Shown here: positions 13,201-25,400 of the stretch, piece by piece
How positions within the stretch are numbered: position 1 is the first letter of the stretch
How the letters are laid out: each line of letters opens with the position of its first letter
DNA from: Zygnema circumcarinatum SAG 698-1b
Taxonomy: Eukaryota > Plantae > Zygnematophyceae
Direction of reading: 5' to 3'
Assembly: GCA_037447605.1 (NCBI GenBank)
Contig: CM074822.1
Coordinates: 209,492 to 273,491, forward strand
Length of the DNA: 64,000 nt
Position numbers and translations under genes: made by a program
The notes under the pieces: model-generated
The model's input: only the letters and a program-made list of their open reading frames with translations
The model's database searches: none
What the model was told of the DNA's origin: nothing

Positions 13201-13578
13201 ATCTTGTCAGTTTTGTTGGTGGTCGTGTTTATCGGAACTGCCATTGACTAGTTGATCAGTTGTTGCAGCAATTGATGATGTGTGGAAGAGTTATACATTC
13301 TATGTTATCGTCGGATTTTTTAAAGGGAAAGAAGGCCTTCAATTTCATGGCTAAGATTTTTCCTTTTCTTTTTTGTGGTGTGCAGATGCCGGAGGTGGGA
13401 CTGCCAATCCTGTAACTATTGTTAGAGAGAATTGATAAACTGTGGCATAGAAACTCACAGAGATTGGAAGCAATTGGAGCGATAAGATTGTTGAGGGCAG
13501 TGAAGATTGAGTGGGAAAGGAAAGCATGCTCAGAAAGTTGAAAGGAGCTGGAAGGGAGGTTAGAGGCAAGAGGGAGAG

Positions 13579-13627
<49 letters not shown>

Positions 13628-14971
13628 GAGAGAGAGAGAGAGAGAGAGGCGGGAGAGGGGCGGAGGAAGGGGCGAAATGTTTGTGCTGGCAGAGAAGAGC
13701 GCAGGAAATGAGAGTGGGAATCTTGATTGGAATGTGTGAGAGGGAGGAGGACAGAGAGGGAGGGATTGAGAGAGAGGGAGGAGGACAGAGAGAGAGAGGG
13801 ATTGAAAGAGAGGAATCCGGAAAGTCAGGGTTGCGTCTGATGCTGTCTGATAGCAGAGTGCAGAAAATCATTCCTCAGTTTCCTTTCTGCTGTTTCTGTT
13901 TAGCAGGAAGCAACATTTTGCTAGTTCAAAATTTGATGCTTTTGATGTCAGACGAAAGCAACTTTATCAAATAGTTTGGAGAAACTCTATGTGTTGAAAT
14001 TTGATGGGGTTTTGGGATTCAGATGGATGGCTATGAAGCAGCTGTACGGATTAGAGCGCAGGAGAAGAAAGCTGATGAGGAAGAGCCATTGAAGGCTCCT
14101 CGACACGTGCCTATTATAGCGGTGAGTCGACCTGCTTAACTTCCTTCCTTTTCAGTTGTTTACTATGAGCCTTCATCATTGGAATCATAAATGTTCATGT
14201 TTGTGAACAAGTACGTCTTCACAACTGCGGAGAATGATGGCATGTTTTAACAGTTGGTTAGAATGCCATCTCTTCTTCTGTTCTTTTCGGAACAATAGTT
14301 CATGGATTGGTTATCCAAACCTTCCAGATACCTTTCTAGGTCTAACTGTCTGTTTTTTGTTGTCTTTTCTACCATCGTTTATCCCAAGTAACCTTTTCTT
14401 GATGCATGTGTGGTGCGGGCTACAGCTTACAGCAGATGTTCTTTCGGGGACAAAGGAAAAGTGTATGGAATCGGGCATGGATGCGTAAGCTACCTCCCTG
14501 CCTTCCTCCTCTGTCTATCCCCTCGTCTTCACTTCACAGTTTTTTAGGGGTTTTAGGGGTTTTAGGGTTTTTAGGGTATTCCCCTTCTGCGTCGTATTGC
14601 AAACCTTACGAATTGGATTAGAACAATTGTTGTCAAGTGGGGCCTCCCTCTATTGTTTGAGGTTTTCAATTGAACAGCATATCAGCTGAAGTAATTCCTT
14701 CTGCACTCGTTTTACCGGCATCATGAATGGGGTCAGAATGGAGATAAGGGCATATTCTAGAACGTTTCAAGGTCATTTTTTCCGTAATACTGTCATTTGT
14801 CTATGTAGGGTCCTACCGGTTAGTGATAAAGATAGACATCCTGCTTGTTTACCCTTTCCTTAGCCTTTTCTCTTTCCCGTTTCACTTTCTCTCAGGTATC
14901 TCACGAAGCCCATTGACGAGGACCACTTCTACCAGACATGTCTGCAGTTCTTCAACATGCCACCATCTTGA
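6015..14971 (+). CDS. CHASE-domain hybrid histidine kinase (cytokinin-receptor/AHK-like), 16 coding exons, ~1503 aa
   Basis: Exons 6015-7013, 7241-7347, 7564-7751, 8014-8634, 8798-8845, 9086-9216, 9589-9620, 9769-9929, 10353-11075, 11371-11483, 11774-12788, 12957-13087, 13386-13394, 14023-14121, 14426-14484, 14896-14971; all GT-AG and phase-consistent. Domains: TM ([19 protein letters not shown]), CHASE ([34 protein letters not shown]), second TM, H-box [19 protein letters not shown]-box NLIGNATKFT, G1 EDTGCGIP, G2 GTGIGLTIS, pseudo-receiver (ALIIDDS), receiver VVDDNLINRKVA..MDIQMPEMDGYEA..LTKP. Confidence 0.93.
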
Positions 14972-16781
14972 TTGTAGGGGGGACGCCTTTCGAACTTAAT
15001 TCTAATCTTCTTTTTACACTACTTTATTCATCGACGTGTTTTCTTACAAGACGGAGAGGGATTCATGTCATGAAGCTCTCAGATTTTGGAGGGGTTTGGT
15101 ACAGTTCTGGCATATGATGTTTCTTTCGCAGGAAAGAAGCAGAAGCCATTTTCCGTTCATTGTTTGAAGCGGCCAGTCAGCTGTAATCGATTAATTTGTG
15201 TTCAGCGTTACTTTTCATTTTTTTTACAGGATTTTGCAAATTGATTAATTTTCAATTTTTTTGCCAGTCTTGTTAGAAAGGTAATTTTCCCCTTAGACAT
15301 TTTGTTTTTTAATTCCTTATCGCCCTTGGAACACTACTTGGCCTTTTTCATATCTTACACTTGCTATTCCTCGATATCATTCGATTACTGAAAAAATTGA
15401 AATCTTGAAATTGAAATTGAAATCTTCTTATTCCAGGGGCCACTTTGAGGCCTTTCATTTGTTGGTCAGAGCCTAGAGCTTTGACCAATGCCTATTTTGC
15501 AGACGTAGCGAATCGCCATTCGAAGATGCTCGACTATAGTTTCAAGCAAAAGGAGGCCCTTTGTTAGCGCGGAATTATGAGCCAGAATAGGCTGTAATGG
15601 AGGGCTCAACCTTGTTACCTGTCCCATTTTTTTTTGCTTTAACTTCATGTCTAATGTTGAGGGTAACTCTTATAGGAACGCTTTGACTTGGGCGAGGTCA
15701 GCGGGATAGGCATTGGCGTGAATGATATATTGTGTTGCTGCCTGACTGCTTCTGCACGAGGGACTGTTCTTTTTTATCGAGGGTCATTCTTTTTGATAAA
15801 AGGAAGCTGGAATGTTTCAAACGTGGCATGAAACGTCTTGGGGTTGTTGGAGCCCTTCGGGGAATATGACATCTATCTCCTCCCCATGCATGCATGGATG
15901 GTGTCCTGCATGCTCTTTCCTCACATGGAAAACAGTTGCTTTCGCTTGCGGGTAGCTATGCTGGTAAGGCGCTCCTTCCAAAACCCACAGAAAACCCATT
16001 GAAAACCCACAGACATGAAGACAGACAGACAGACGGACAGCTAAGCGCAATATGGCCATTGCTTTGCGAAATCGCTGGAGACTCGACTTCAGAGTGCGAC
16101 TTCTCCGTCTAAGCTAAGCCGTCTCGTGTTGCTGTGAGGAAAATTCCAAAGCATGCAGTACAATACTCCAACGTAAGAGAATGCTTGGGCCAACGCATCC
16201 TCATTGCTGTCGCTTCTAAGTCACTGAATACTAAGTTGCCGACGAGGGAATGCTGACCCCATACTCGTGCTGCAGGTATGCTCCATGGCTGCACAAGGAC
16301 TCGTTCGTTTGTTTTGTTCGTTCGTGCCGAGGGAGTGTATGCGCGTCCCCTAAGGAACGTGATGTACTTTATGTGCAGCCCCATGACTGAGCCGTGATGC
16401 TGCACCGCCCTTCTCAAGCTCCTCTTTCGAAAACTCGATAAGAGGGCATGACCCAATTTTGTAGATTGCGGCAAAGGAAAGGAAAACATAGCCATAGAGT
16501 CATAGATGTGTACAAGCACACTCTTCAAACAAAATGCTTCAAAAAAGTTGAAAATGACGGTAATGATGATTGCTCACGTACAAACAGATCAGGTTCTATG
16601 AAGAAACAGTGACGACTAGCAAAAGCAGCAGCGATGACAGTGACAATGGGCAGATCATCCCCTTCACATTCTCCGTTTTAGAAAAAACCCTTTTTTTCTT
16701 TACAATACAAACTTGACAGTTTGGACCAGCCGCACCCAACGGCTCGAAACCCTCTTCTTCCTGATATCCCAAACCCTTTCT

Positions 16782-19166
16782 TCAACGAAAGCGTTGCTTG
16801 AACAATTGGTGTCTCTTCGACGGATCCTTTGGCTTCGCTTTCGCGCCTTTCCCCGTGCTGAAGGAACACAATACCCCACAAGAACACTTTGAGATTCAGA
16901 ATTACATGATAATAGGGTTTTCCAAAGTTTCTGAATTTTCACGGTTTCAGTATTTCTAAGGATTTCCAGTTTCTGGATTTTCACGGTAACAGTATTTCTA
17001 AGGGTTTCCAGTTTCTGGGGTTTGCAAGCCCGGTCTTCAGGGCTCAGCTAAGGGTTCGGGTTTCGGGTTTCGGGGTTAGGGTTTAGGGTTTAGGGTTTAG
17101 GGTTTAGGGTTTAGGGTTTAGGGTTTAGGGTTTAGGGGTTAGGGTTTAGGGATTAGGGGTGGGTTTAGGGTTTAGGGTTTAGGGTTTAGGGTTTAGGGTT
17201 TAGGGTTTAGGGGTTAATTAAGGGGGTTAGGGGTTAGGGGTTAGGGTTTCGGGTTTCGGGTTTACGGTTTAGGGTTTAGGGTTTAGAGTTTAGGGTTTAG
17301 GGCTTAGGGTTTAGGGTTTAGGGTTAGGGGTTTAGGGTTTAGAGGTTAGGGGTTAGGGGTCAGGGTTTAGAGTTTAGGGTTTAGGGTTTAGGGTTTAGGG
17401 TATAGGGTATAGGGTATAGGGTATAGGGTTTAGGGTTTAGGGTTTAGGGTTTAGGGTTTCGGGTTTCGGGTTTCGGGTTTCGGGTTTCGGGTTTCGGGTT
17501 TCGGGTTTCGGGTTTCGGGTTTCGGGGGGTTTAGGGTTTAGAGTTTAGGTTAGGGTTTAGGGTTTAGGGTTTAGGGTTTAGGGTTTAGGGGTTACGGGTT
17601 AAGGGTTTTAAGGTTTAGGGATTAGGGTTTTAAGGTTTAGGGTTTAGGGTTTAGGGTTTAGGGTTTCGGATTAAGGGTTTAGGGTTTAGGGTTTAGGGTT
17701 GAGGGTTTAGGGTTTAGGGTTTAGGGTTTAGGGTTGAGGGTTGAGGGTTTAGGGTTTAGGGTTTAGGGGTTACGGGTTAGGGGTTAGGGGTTAGGGTTAG
17801 GGTTAGGGTTGAGAATTTAAGGTTTAGGGTTTAGGGTTTAGAGTTTAGGGTTAAGGGTTTAGGGTTTAGGGTTTAGGGTTAAGTGTTTGTGGTTAGGGTT
17901 TAGGGTTTGAGGTTTAGGGGTTTCGGGTTTCGGGATCCGGATTTCGGGTTTCGGGTTTTCGGGTTTCGGGTTTCGGGTTCAGGGTTTAGGAGTTAGGGGT
18001 TAGGGGTTAGGGGTTAGGGGTTAAGGATTAGGGTTGTAAGGTTTAGGGTTTAGGGTTTAGGGTTTAGGGTTTCGGGTTTCGGGTTTCGGGCTCAGGGTTT
18101 AGGGGTTAGGGGTTAGGGGTTAGGGATTTGGGTTTAAGGTTTAGGGTTTAGGATTTTGGGTTTAGGGTTTAGGGTTTAGGGTTTCGGGTTTCGGGTTTCG
18201 GGTTTAGGGTTTAGGGTTTTACCTGTATTCCATGTACATCATTCCGTTTGCTCCGGACATAGCGCTCATAGAACCAACTGTTCGACGAGCCTTCTGAAAA
18301 TGAGAGAGGTCATCGAACCGGTCCGTCAACACCTCCTCTCTCGCTGCCTCGTCTCCCGCATTCAGAACCTGCAATTCAAGTTTTTAGGGTTAAAATCAGG
18401 GGCAAAAATGTAATATAGGTTTGCAAGTTGAGGAGTGTTAAGGCTTTGAGAAGACTCAAATTGAATCGGAAACATCTTTTTTTTTTTTTTTCGTGAAAAA
18501 TTGAATTTTTCACGAATCTGACCTTTGAGAGAAGGTCCAACTGCTCGTCGAGTCTGGAGTAGCTGAGGTCATCTCCCTGATCAGGAGGAGGGAGTGACGT
18601 CACCACCTGCGACGTGTCAAGCAGTACAACCTCTGAGAATACCATTCCGGGACAAAAAAAACATCAAGACCACGACTTTTATATGTCAGTTTTCTGTTCC
18701 GTTTTTAGCGCTTGAGTTGAGAAGGGTAGAAAATTTCCCAACTTAAATACATTATGTTTCTTTGGGCTTTCAAAATGTTAAAAGTTTTGCAGTTCCTTTG
18801 CATTTTAAGGATTTTAAGCATAGTTCAGGATTTTAGTGCCTTATGGTTGCTATTTTTTCAAATTTAAGCTTTAGGGTTTGTCTTACTTTGTAGGAGTAGC
18901 CCTGGTCGATAAGAAACTGCTGCCGTTTTGCTGAGTAGTACATCTCCTGCAAACGCAAAACTTAATGGAAGATAAGCACATACTTTCCGAAAATAGTATC
19001 GGAGAAAAGCAGTGAAAGGGTGACAAAAGAAGGGCGACAAAGAGAGAGTGTGTGCGAGTGACAGAGAGACAGGTGACAGAGTGAGGTGTTGAGAGAGAAA
19101 AAGAGAGAGAAAGTGAGAGAGACAGAGAGAGAGGGAGAGAAAGAGAGAGAGAGAGAGAGGGAGAGG

Positions 19167-19211
<45 letters not shown>

Positions 19212-19404
19212 GGACCAAGGTTTCAAAATGATACCTGGGTGTCTGTGGAGACAAGCGAGTAATAGAATGCGTTGTATTCCTCACTGCCTCCTGCCATTCG
19301 GTCTTGCTGCTTTCCCTGCAGGGCTCAAACAAAAGGATTCAGCCCTTCAAGATAAAGAAAAAAAGGGGGAGCAGGGAGAGCAGCAGAGTTGGAAAGAGAG
19401 AGGA

Positions 19405-19445
<41 letters not shown>

Positions 19446-22400
19446 GGGAGAGAGAGAGAGGGAGAGAGAGAGAGGAGGAGAGAGAGAGAGAGGGAGAAAG
19501 AGAGAGGAGGAGAGAGAGAGGGAGAGAGAGAGAGTGGGAGAGAGAGAGAGAGAGAGAGAGGGGGGTGGAGTGAGTGAGTGAGACACGCACTTTTGCTCTT
19601 AAAATTCGACCTAAGCGTTGGGCCTCTTGTCTCCTTGAGCCCGCATGAGACGAAATTTGAATGATGACATTGGCCTCGGGAATGTCAATGGAGTTGTCTC
19701 CTACCTGTTGACTTTGACCAAACCCTGTGCTGAGTCAGCATCAGGACCCAACTGCTGAATTTACCGAATTTTCGTTTTTAGAAATGTGCGTTGAATACAT
19801 GGAAACAGTTCCAAACTGTTGAACCCCAAAAGATGAAAATGTGAGTTGTGGAGATGAAGTGGTATAGCTCTTTTTCCCACTCGTGGTTTCGGACCCACCT
19901 TTGACAAAAATATGGTGTTTACAGTTGAGCTCGTTTTGAATGCACAAAGGATTCTCGTCCGCTCATCGTGACTGCTCCAATACCCCAAAACAAGGAAAAT
20001 ATGAAAAAATAGAGCCAAGAAAGAAGGGGCTGTGGGGGAGCTTGCGAATAGTTCTGAGCTAACATACAACTCTAAAAACCCTAAAATGCAAAGACTTTTT
20101 CTGCATCCTTTTCAAACCCTAACCCTAACCCTAACCCTAACCCTAACCCTAACCCTAACCCTAACCCTAACCCTAATCCTAACCCTAACCCTAACTAATA
20201 GTAACTTCTTCTTGTCCTCCTCTCATTAATAACGCGTATGAGTATACATCCTACAAATCTCACATACAACGCTCCCCGATTAAGTTAACAATTCTCACCT
20301 CATCCATCAAATCTCACATTCAAAGTCCCCCGATTAAGTTAACAACCATCACCACCTCCGCCAAATATCATAATCCTCGAGAAAGTTAACAATTCTCACC
20401 CCATCCCACGAGTCTCATAACCACCCCCCCCCCCCTTCCCCCTCGATAAAGTTAACATTTCTCACCTTGTCGAGCCGTAGATCATCGGCTTCGCCAACTT
20501 GCGTGCGTAGTGCTCCAAAGCGAAAAGGTTGTCCGAAAAAACAATGATTTTGTCTCCTCTCTGCTGCTCGTGAAACCGGATGAGATATTCGCACGCACGG
20601 AATTTGTTGGGATTCATCACATAGAGCCCCTGTTTCCGTCGCGAGTTTTCCGGCTTCAAATATTCCGCATAGAACTCCTTCGTCATGGGACACCAAACCT
20701 CCACACATTGAACATTGGCTATATAGCCCCCCTTTACAAGGTCCAACCAATTGGCTTCATAGAGCTTTGGACCAATCAGGAAGTTCAGATCTGATATCAG
20801 CTCGTCTTCTCGCACGAGTGTAGCTGTTCTTATTTTTTATTTGATTTTTTTTTTTTTTTTTAAATTATGTCCCAATCAACCCCCCCAACAAAGGAAATTG
20901 GAATAAGAAAGTGGGGTCAGATTCTAGGTACAGCGAGGTCGTAGGCCTGCACAAGGGAAGGCAAAAAAAGGGACCGAAAAGGTGATGGGGGCAGAGGGAG
21001 AGAGGAGAGGGGAGAGATGAGAGGGGAGAGAGGAGAGGGGCGAGAGGAGAGGGGAGAGAAGAGAGGGGAGAGAGGAGAGGGGAGAGAGGAGAGGGGAGGG
21101 AGGAGAGGGGAGGGAGGAGAGGGGAGGGAGGAGAGGGGAGGGAGGAGAGGGGAGAGAGGAGAGGGGAGAGAGGAGAGGGGAGAGAGGAGAGGGGAGGGAG
21201 GAGAGGGGAGGGAGGAGAGGGGAGAGAGGAGAGGGGAGAGAGGAGAATGGAGAGAGGAGAGGGGAGAGAGGAGAGGGGAGAGAGGAGAGGGGAGAGAGGA
21301 GAGGGGAGAGAGGAGAGGGGAGGGAGGAGAGGGAGGGAGGAGAGGGAGGAGGAGAGGGAGGGAGGAAAGGGAAGGGAGAGAGGGAGGGAGAGGAGAGGGA
21401 GAGAGGAGAGGGAGAGAGGAGAGGGAGAGAGGAGAGGGAGGAGGAGAGGGAGGGAGGAGAGGGAGGGAGGAGAGGGAAGGAGGAAAGGAGGGGAGGGAGG
21501 AGAGGGAGAGAGGAGAGGGGGAGAGGAGAGGGAGAGAGGAGAGGGAGAGAGGAGAGGGGAGAGAGAGAGGGAGAGAGGAGAGGGAGAGGAGAGGGAGAGA
21601 GGAGAGGGAGAGAGGAGAGGGAGGGAGGAGAGGGAGGGAGGAGAGGGAGGGAGGAGAGGAGGGAGGAGAGGGAGAGAGGAGAGGGAGAGAGGAGAGGGAG
21701 AGAGGAGAGGGAGAGAGGAGAGGGAGAGAGGAGAGGGAAGAGAGGAGAGGGAGAGAGGAGAGGGAGAGAGGAGAGGGAGAGAGGAGAGGGGAGAGAGGGA
21801 GAGGGGAGGGAGGAGAGGGGAGGGAGGAGAGGGAGGGAGAGAGGGAGGGAGGAGAGGGAGGGAGGAGAGGGAGGGAGGAGAGGGGGAGAGAGAGGAGAGG
21901 GAGAGAGGAGAGGGAGAGGAGAGGGAGAGAGAGAGGGAGAGAGGAGAGGGAGAGAGGAGAGGGAGAGAGGAGAGGGAGAGAGGAGAGGGAGGGAGGAGAG
22001 GGAGGGAGGAGAGGGAGGGAGGAGAGGGGAGAGAGGGAGGGAGAGAGGAGAGGGAGAGAGGAGAGGGAGAGAGAGGAGAGGGAGAGAGAGAGGGAGAGAG
22101 GAAAGGGAGAAAGAGGAGAGGAGAGAGAGAGGGGGAGAGAGGAGAGGGAGAGAGGAGAGAGGGAGGAGAGGGAGGGAGGAGAGGGAGGGAGGAGAGGGGA
22201 GGGAGGAGAGAGGGAGGAGGAGAGGGAGAGAGGAGAGGGAGAGAGGAGAGGGGGAGAGAGAGAGGGGGAGAGAGGAGAGGGGAGAGAGGAGAGGGAGAGG
22301 AGAGGGGAGAGAGGAGAGGGAAAGAGAGAGAGGGAGAGGAGAGGGAGGGAGGAGAGGGGAGGGAGGAGAGGGAGGGAGGAGAGGGAGGGAGGAGAGGGAG

Positions 22401-25400
22401 AGGAGAGGGAGAGAGGAGAGGGAGAGGAGAGGGAGAGAGAGAGGGAGAGGAGAGGGAGAGAGGAGAGGGGAGAGAGGAGAGGGAGAGAGGAGAGGGAGAG
22501 AGGAGAGGGAGGAGGAGAGGGAGAGAGAGAGAGGGAGAGAGGTAGGGGAGAGAGAGAGGGAGAGAGAGGAGAGGGAGAGAGGAGAGGGAGAGAGGAGAGG
22601 GAAGAGGAGAGGGAGAGAGGAGAGGGAGAGAGGAGAGGGAAGAGAGGAGAGGGAGAGAGGAGAGGGAGAGAGGAGAGGGAAAGAGGAGAGGGAGAGAGGA
22701 GAGGGAGGGAGGAGAGGGAGGGAGGACAGGGAGGAGGAGAGGGGAGAGAAGAGAGGGGAGAGAGGAGAGGGAGAGAGAGAGGGAGAGAGGAGAGGGAGAG
22801 AGAGAGGGAGAGAGAGAGGGAGAGAGGAGAGGGGAGAGAGGAGAGGGAGAGAGGAGAGGGAGAGAGGAGAGGGAGGGAGGAGAGGGAGGGAGGAGAGGGA
22901 GGGAGGAAGGGAGGAGAGGGAGAGGAGAGGGAGAGGAGAGGGAGGGAGGAGAGGGAGAGGAGAGGGAGAGAGGAGAGGGAGAGAGAGAGGGAGAGAGGGA
23001 GAGGGAAGAGAGAGAGGGAGAGAGAGAGGGGAGAGAGGAGAGGGAGAGAGGAGAGGGAGAGAGGAGAGGGAGAGGGAGAGAGGAGAGGGAGAGGAGAGGG
23101 AGAGGAGAGGGAGAGAGGAGAGGGAGAGAGGAGAGGGGAGAGAGGAGAGGGAGAGAGGAGAGGGGAGGGAGGAGAGGGAGGAGAGGAGGGAGGAGAGGGA
23201 GAGAGGAGAGGGAGAGAGGAGAGGGAGAGAGGAGAGGGGAGAGAGGAGAGGGAGAGAGGAGAGGGAGAGAGGAGAGGGAGAGAGGAGAGGGGAGAGAGGA
23301 GAGGGAGAGAGGAGAGGGAGAGAGGAGAGGGAGAGAGGAGAGGGAGAGAGGAGAGGGAGAGAGGAGAGGGAGAGAGGAGAGGGAGAGAGGAGAGGGAGAG
23401 AGAGAGGGAGAGAGAGGAGAGGGAGAGAGAGAAGGGAAGGAGGAGAGGGAGGGAGGAGAGGGAGGGAGGGAGAGGGAGGGAGGAGAGGGAGAGAGAGGAG
23501 AGGGAAGAGAGGAGAGGGGAGAGAGAGAGGGAGAGAGGAGAGGGAGAGAGAGGGAGAGAGGAGAGGGAGAGAGGAGAGGGAGAGAGGAGAGGGAGAGAGG
23601 AGAGGGAGCGAGGAGAGGGAGAGAGAGAGGGAGAGAGGAGAGGGAGGGAGGAGAGGGAGGGAGGAGGAGGGAGGAGAGGGAGGAGGAGAGGGAGAGAGGA
23701 GAGGGAGAGAGGAGAGGGAGAGAGGAAGAGGGAGAGAGGAGAGGGAGAGAGGAGAGGGGAGAGAGGAGAGGGGAGAGAGGAGAGGGAGGGAGGAGAGGGA
23801 GGGGAGAGAGAGGGAGGAGAGGGAGGAGGACAGGGAGAGAGGAGAGGGAGAGAGGAGAGGGGAGAGAGGAGAGGGAGAGAGGAGAGAGGAGAGGGAGAGA
23901 GGAGAGGGAGAGAGGAGAGAGGGAGAGAGGAGAGGGAGAGGAGAGGGAGGGAGGAGAGGGAGGGAGGAGGGAGGAGGAGGGAGAGAGGAGAGGGAGAGAG
24001 GAGAGGGAGAGAGGAGAGGGAGAGAGGAGAGGGAGAGAGGAGAGGGAGAGAGGAGAGGGAGAGAGGAGAGGGAGAGAGGAGAGGGAGGGAGGAGAGGGAG
24101 GGAGGAGAGGGAGGGAGGAGAGGGAGGGAGGAGAGGGAGAGAGGAGAGGGAGAGAGGAGAGGGAGAGAGAGAGGGAGAGAGGAGAGAGGGAGAGGGAGAG
24201 AGGAGAGGGAGAGAGGAGAGGGAGAGAGGAGAGGGAGGGAGGAGGGAGGAGGAGGGAGGGAGGAGAGGGAGGGAGGAGAGGGAGGGAGGAGAGGGGAGAG
24301 AGGAGAGGGAGAGAGGAGAGGGAGAGAGGAGAGGGAGAGAGGAGAGGGAGAGAGGGAGAGGGAGAGAGGAGAGGGAGAGAGGAGAGGGAGAGGAGAGGGG
24401 AGAGAGGAGAGGGAAGAGAGGGAGAGGGGAGAGAGGAGAGGGAGAGAGGAAGAGGGAGGGAGGAGAGAGAGGAGGGAGGGAGAGGGAGGGAGGAGAGGGA
24501 GGGAGGAGAGGGTAAGAGGAGAGGGAGAGAGGAGAGGGAGAGAGGAGAGGGAGAGAGGAGAGGGAGAGAGGAGAGGGAAGAGAGGAGAGGGAGAGAGGAG
24601 AGGGAGAGAGAGGAGAGGGAGAGAGGAGAGGGGAGAGAGGAGAGGGGAGAGAGGAGAGAGAGAGAGAGGGAGAGAGAGAGGGAGAGAGGAGAGGGAAGAG
24701 GAGAGGGAGGGAGGTAGGGAGGGAGGAGAGGGAGGGAGGAGAGGGAGGGAGAGAGGGAGAGGATGGAGAGAGGAGAGGGGAGAGAGGAGAGGGAGAGAGG
24801 AGAGGGAGAGAGGAGAGGGAAGAGAGGAGAGGGAGAGAGGAGAGGGAGAGAGGAGAGGGAGAGAGGAGAGGGAGACAGGAGAGGGAGAGGAGAGGGAGAG
24901 AGGAGAGGGGAGAGGAGAGGGAGAGAGGAGAGGGGAGCGAGGAGAGGGGGAGAGAGGAGAGGGAGAGAGGAGAGGGAGGGAGGAGAGGGAGGGAGGAGGG
25001 AGGGAGGAGAGGGGAGGGAGGAGAGGGAGAGAGGAGAGGGAGAGAGGAGAGGGGAGAGAGGGAGAGGGAGAGAGGAGAGGGAGAGAGGAGAGGGAGAGAG
25101 AGAGGGAGAGAGGAGAGGGAGGGAGGAGAGGGAGGGAGGAGAGGGAGGGAGGAGAGGGAGGAGGAGAGGGAGAGAGGAGAGGGGAGAGAGAGAAGGGAGA
25201 GAGGAGAGGGGGAGAGGAGAGAGGAGAGGGAGAGAGAGAGGGGAGAGGAGAGGGAGAGAGGAGAGGGGAGAGAGGAGAGGGAGGGAGGAGAGGGAGGAGG
25301 AGGGAGGGAGGGAGAGGGAGAGAGAGAGGGAGAGAGGAGAGGGGAGAGAGGAGAGGGAGAGAGAGAGGGAGAGAGGAGAAGGGAGAGAGGAGAGGGAGAG

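Noticed and set aside
15466-16528. Separate gene between the kinase and XPB (e.g. 139-aa ORF 16109-16528)
   Set aside because: No recognisable motifs or consistent exon chain; most likely convergent 3'UTR or intergenic sequence.
17051-18220. Chromosome end or contig mis-join at the telomeric array
   Set aside because: XPB exons continue in frame on both sides and give the conserved C-terminus.
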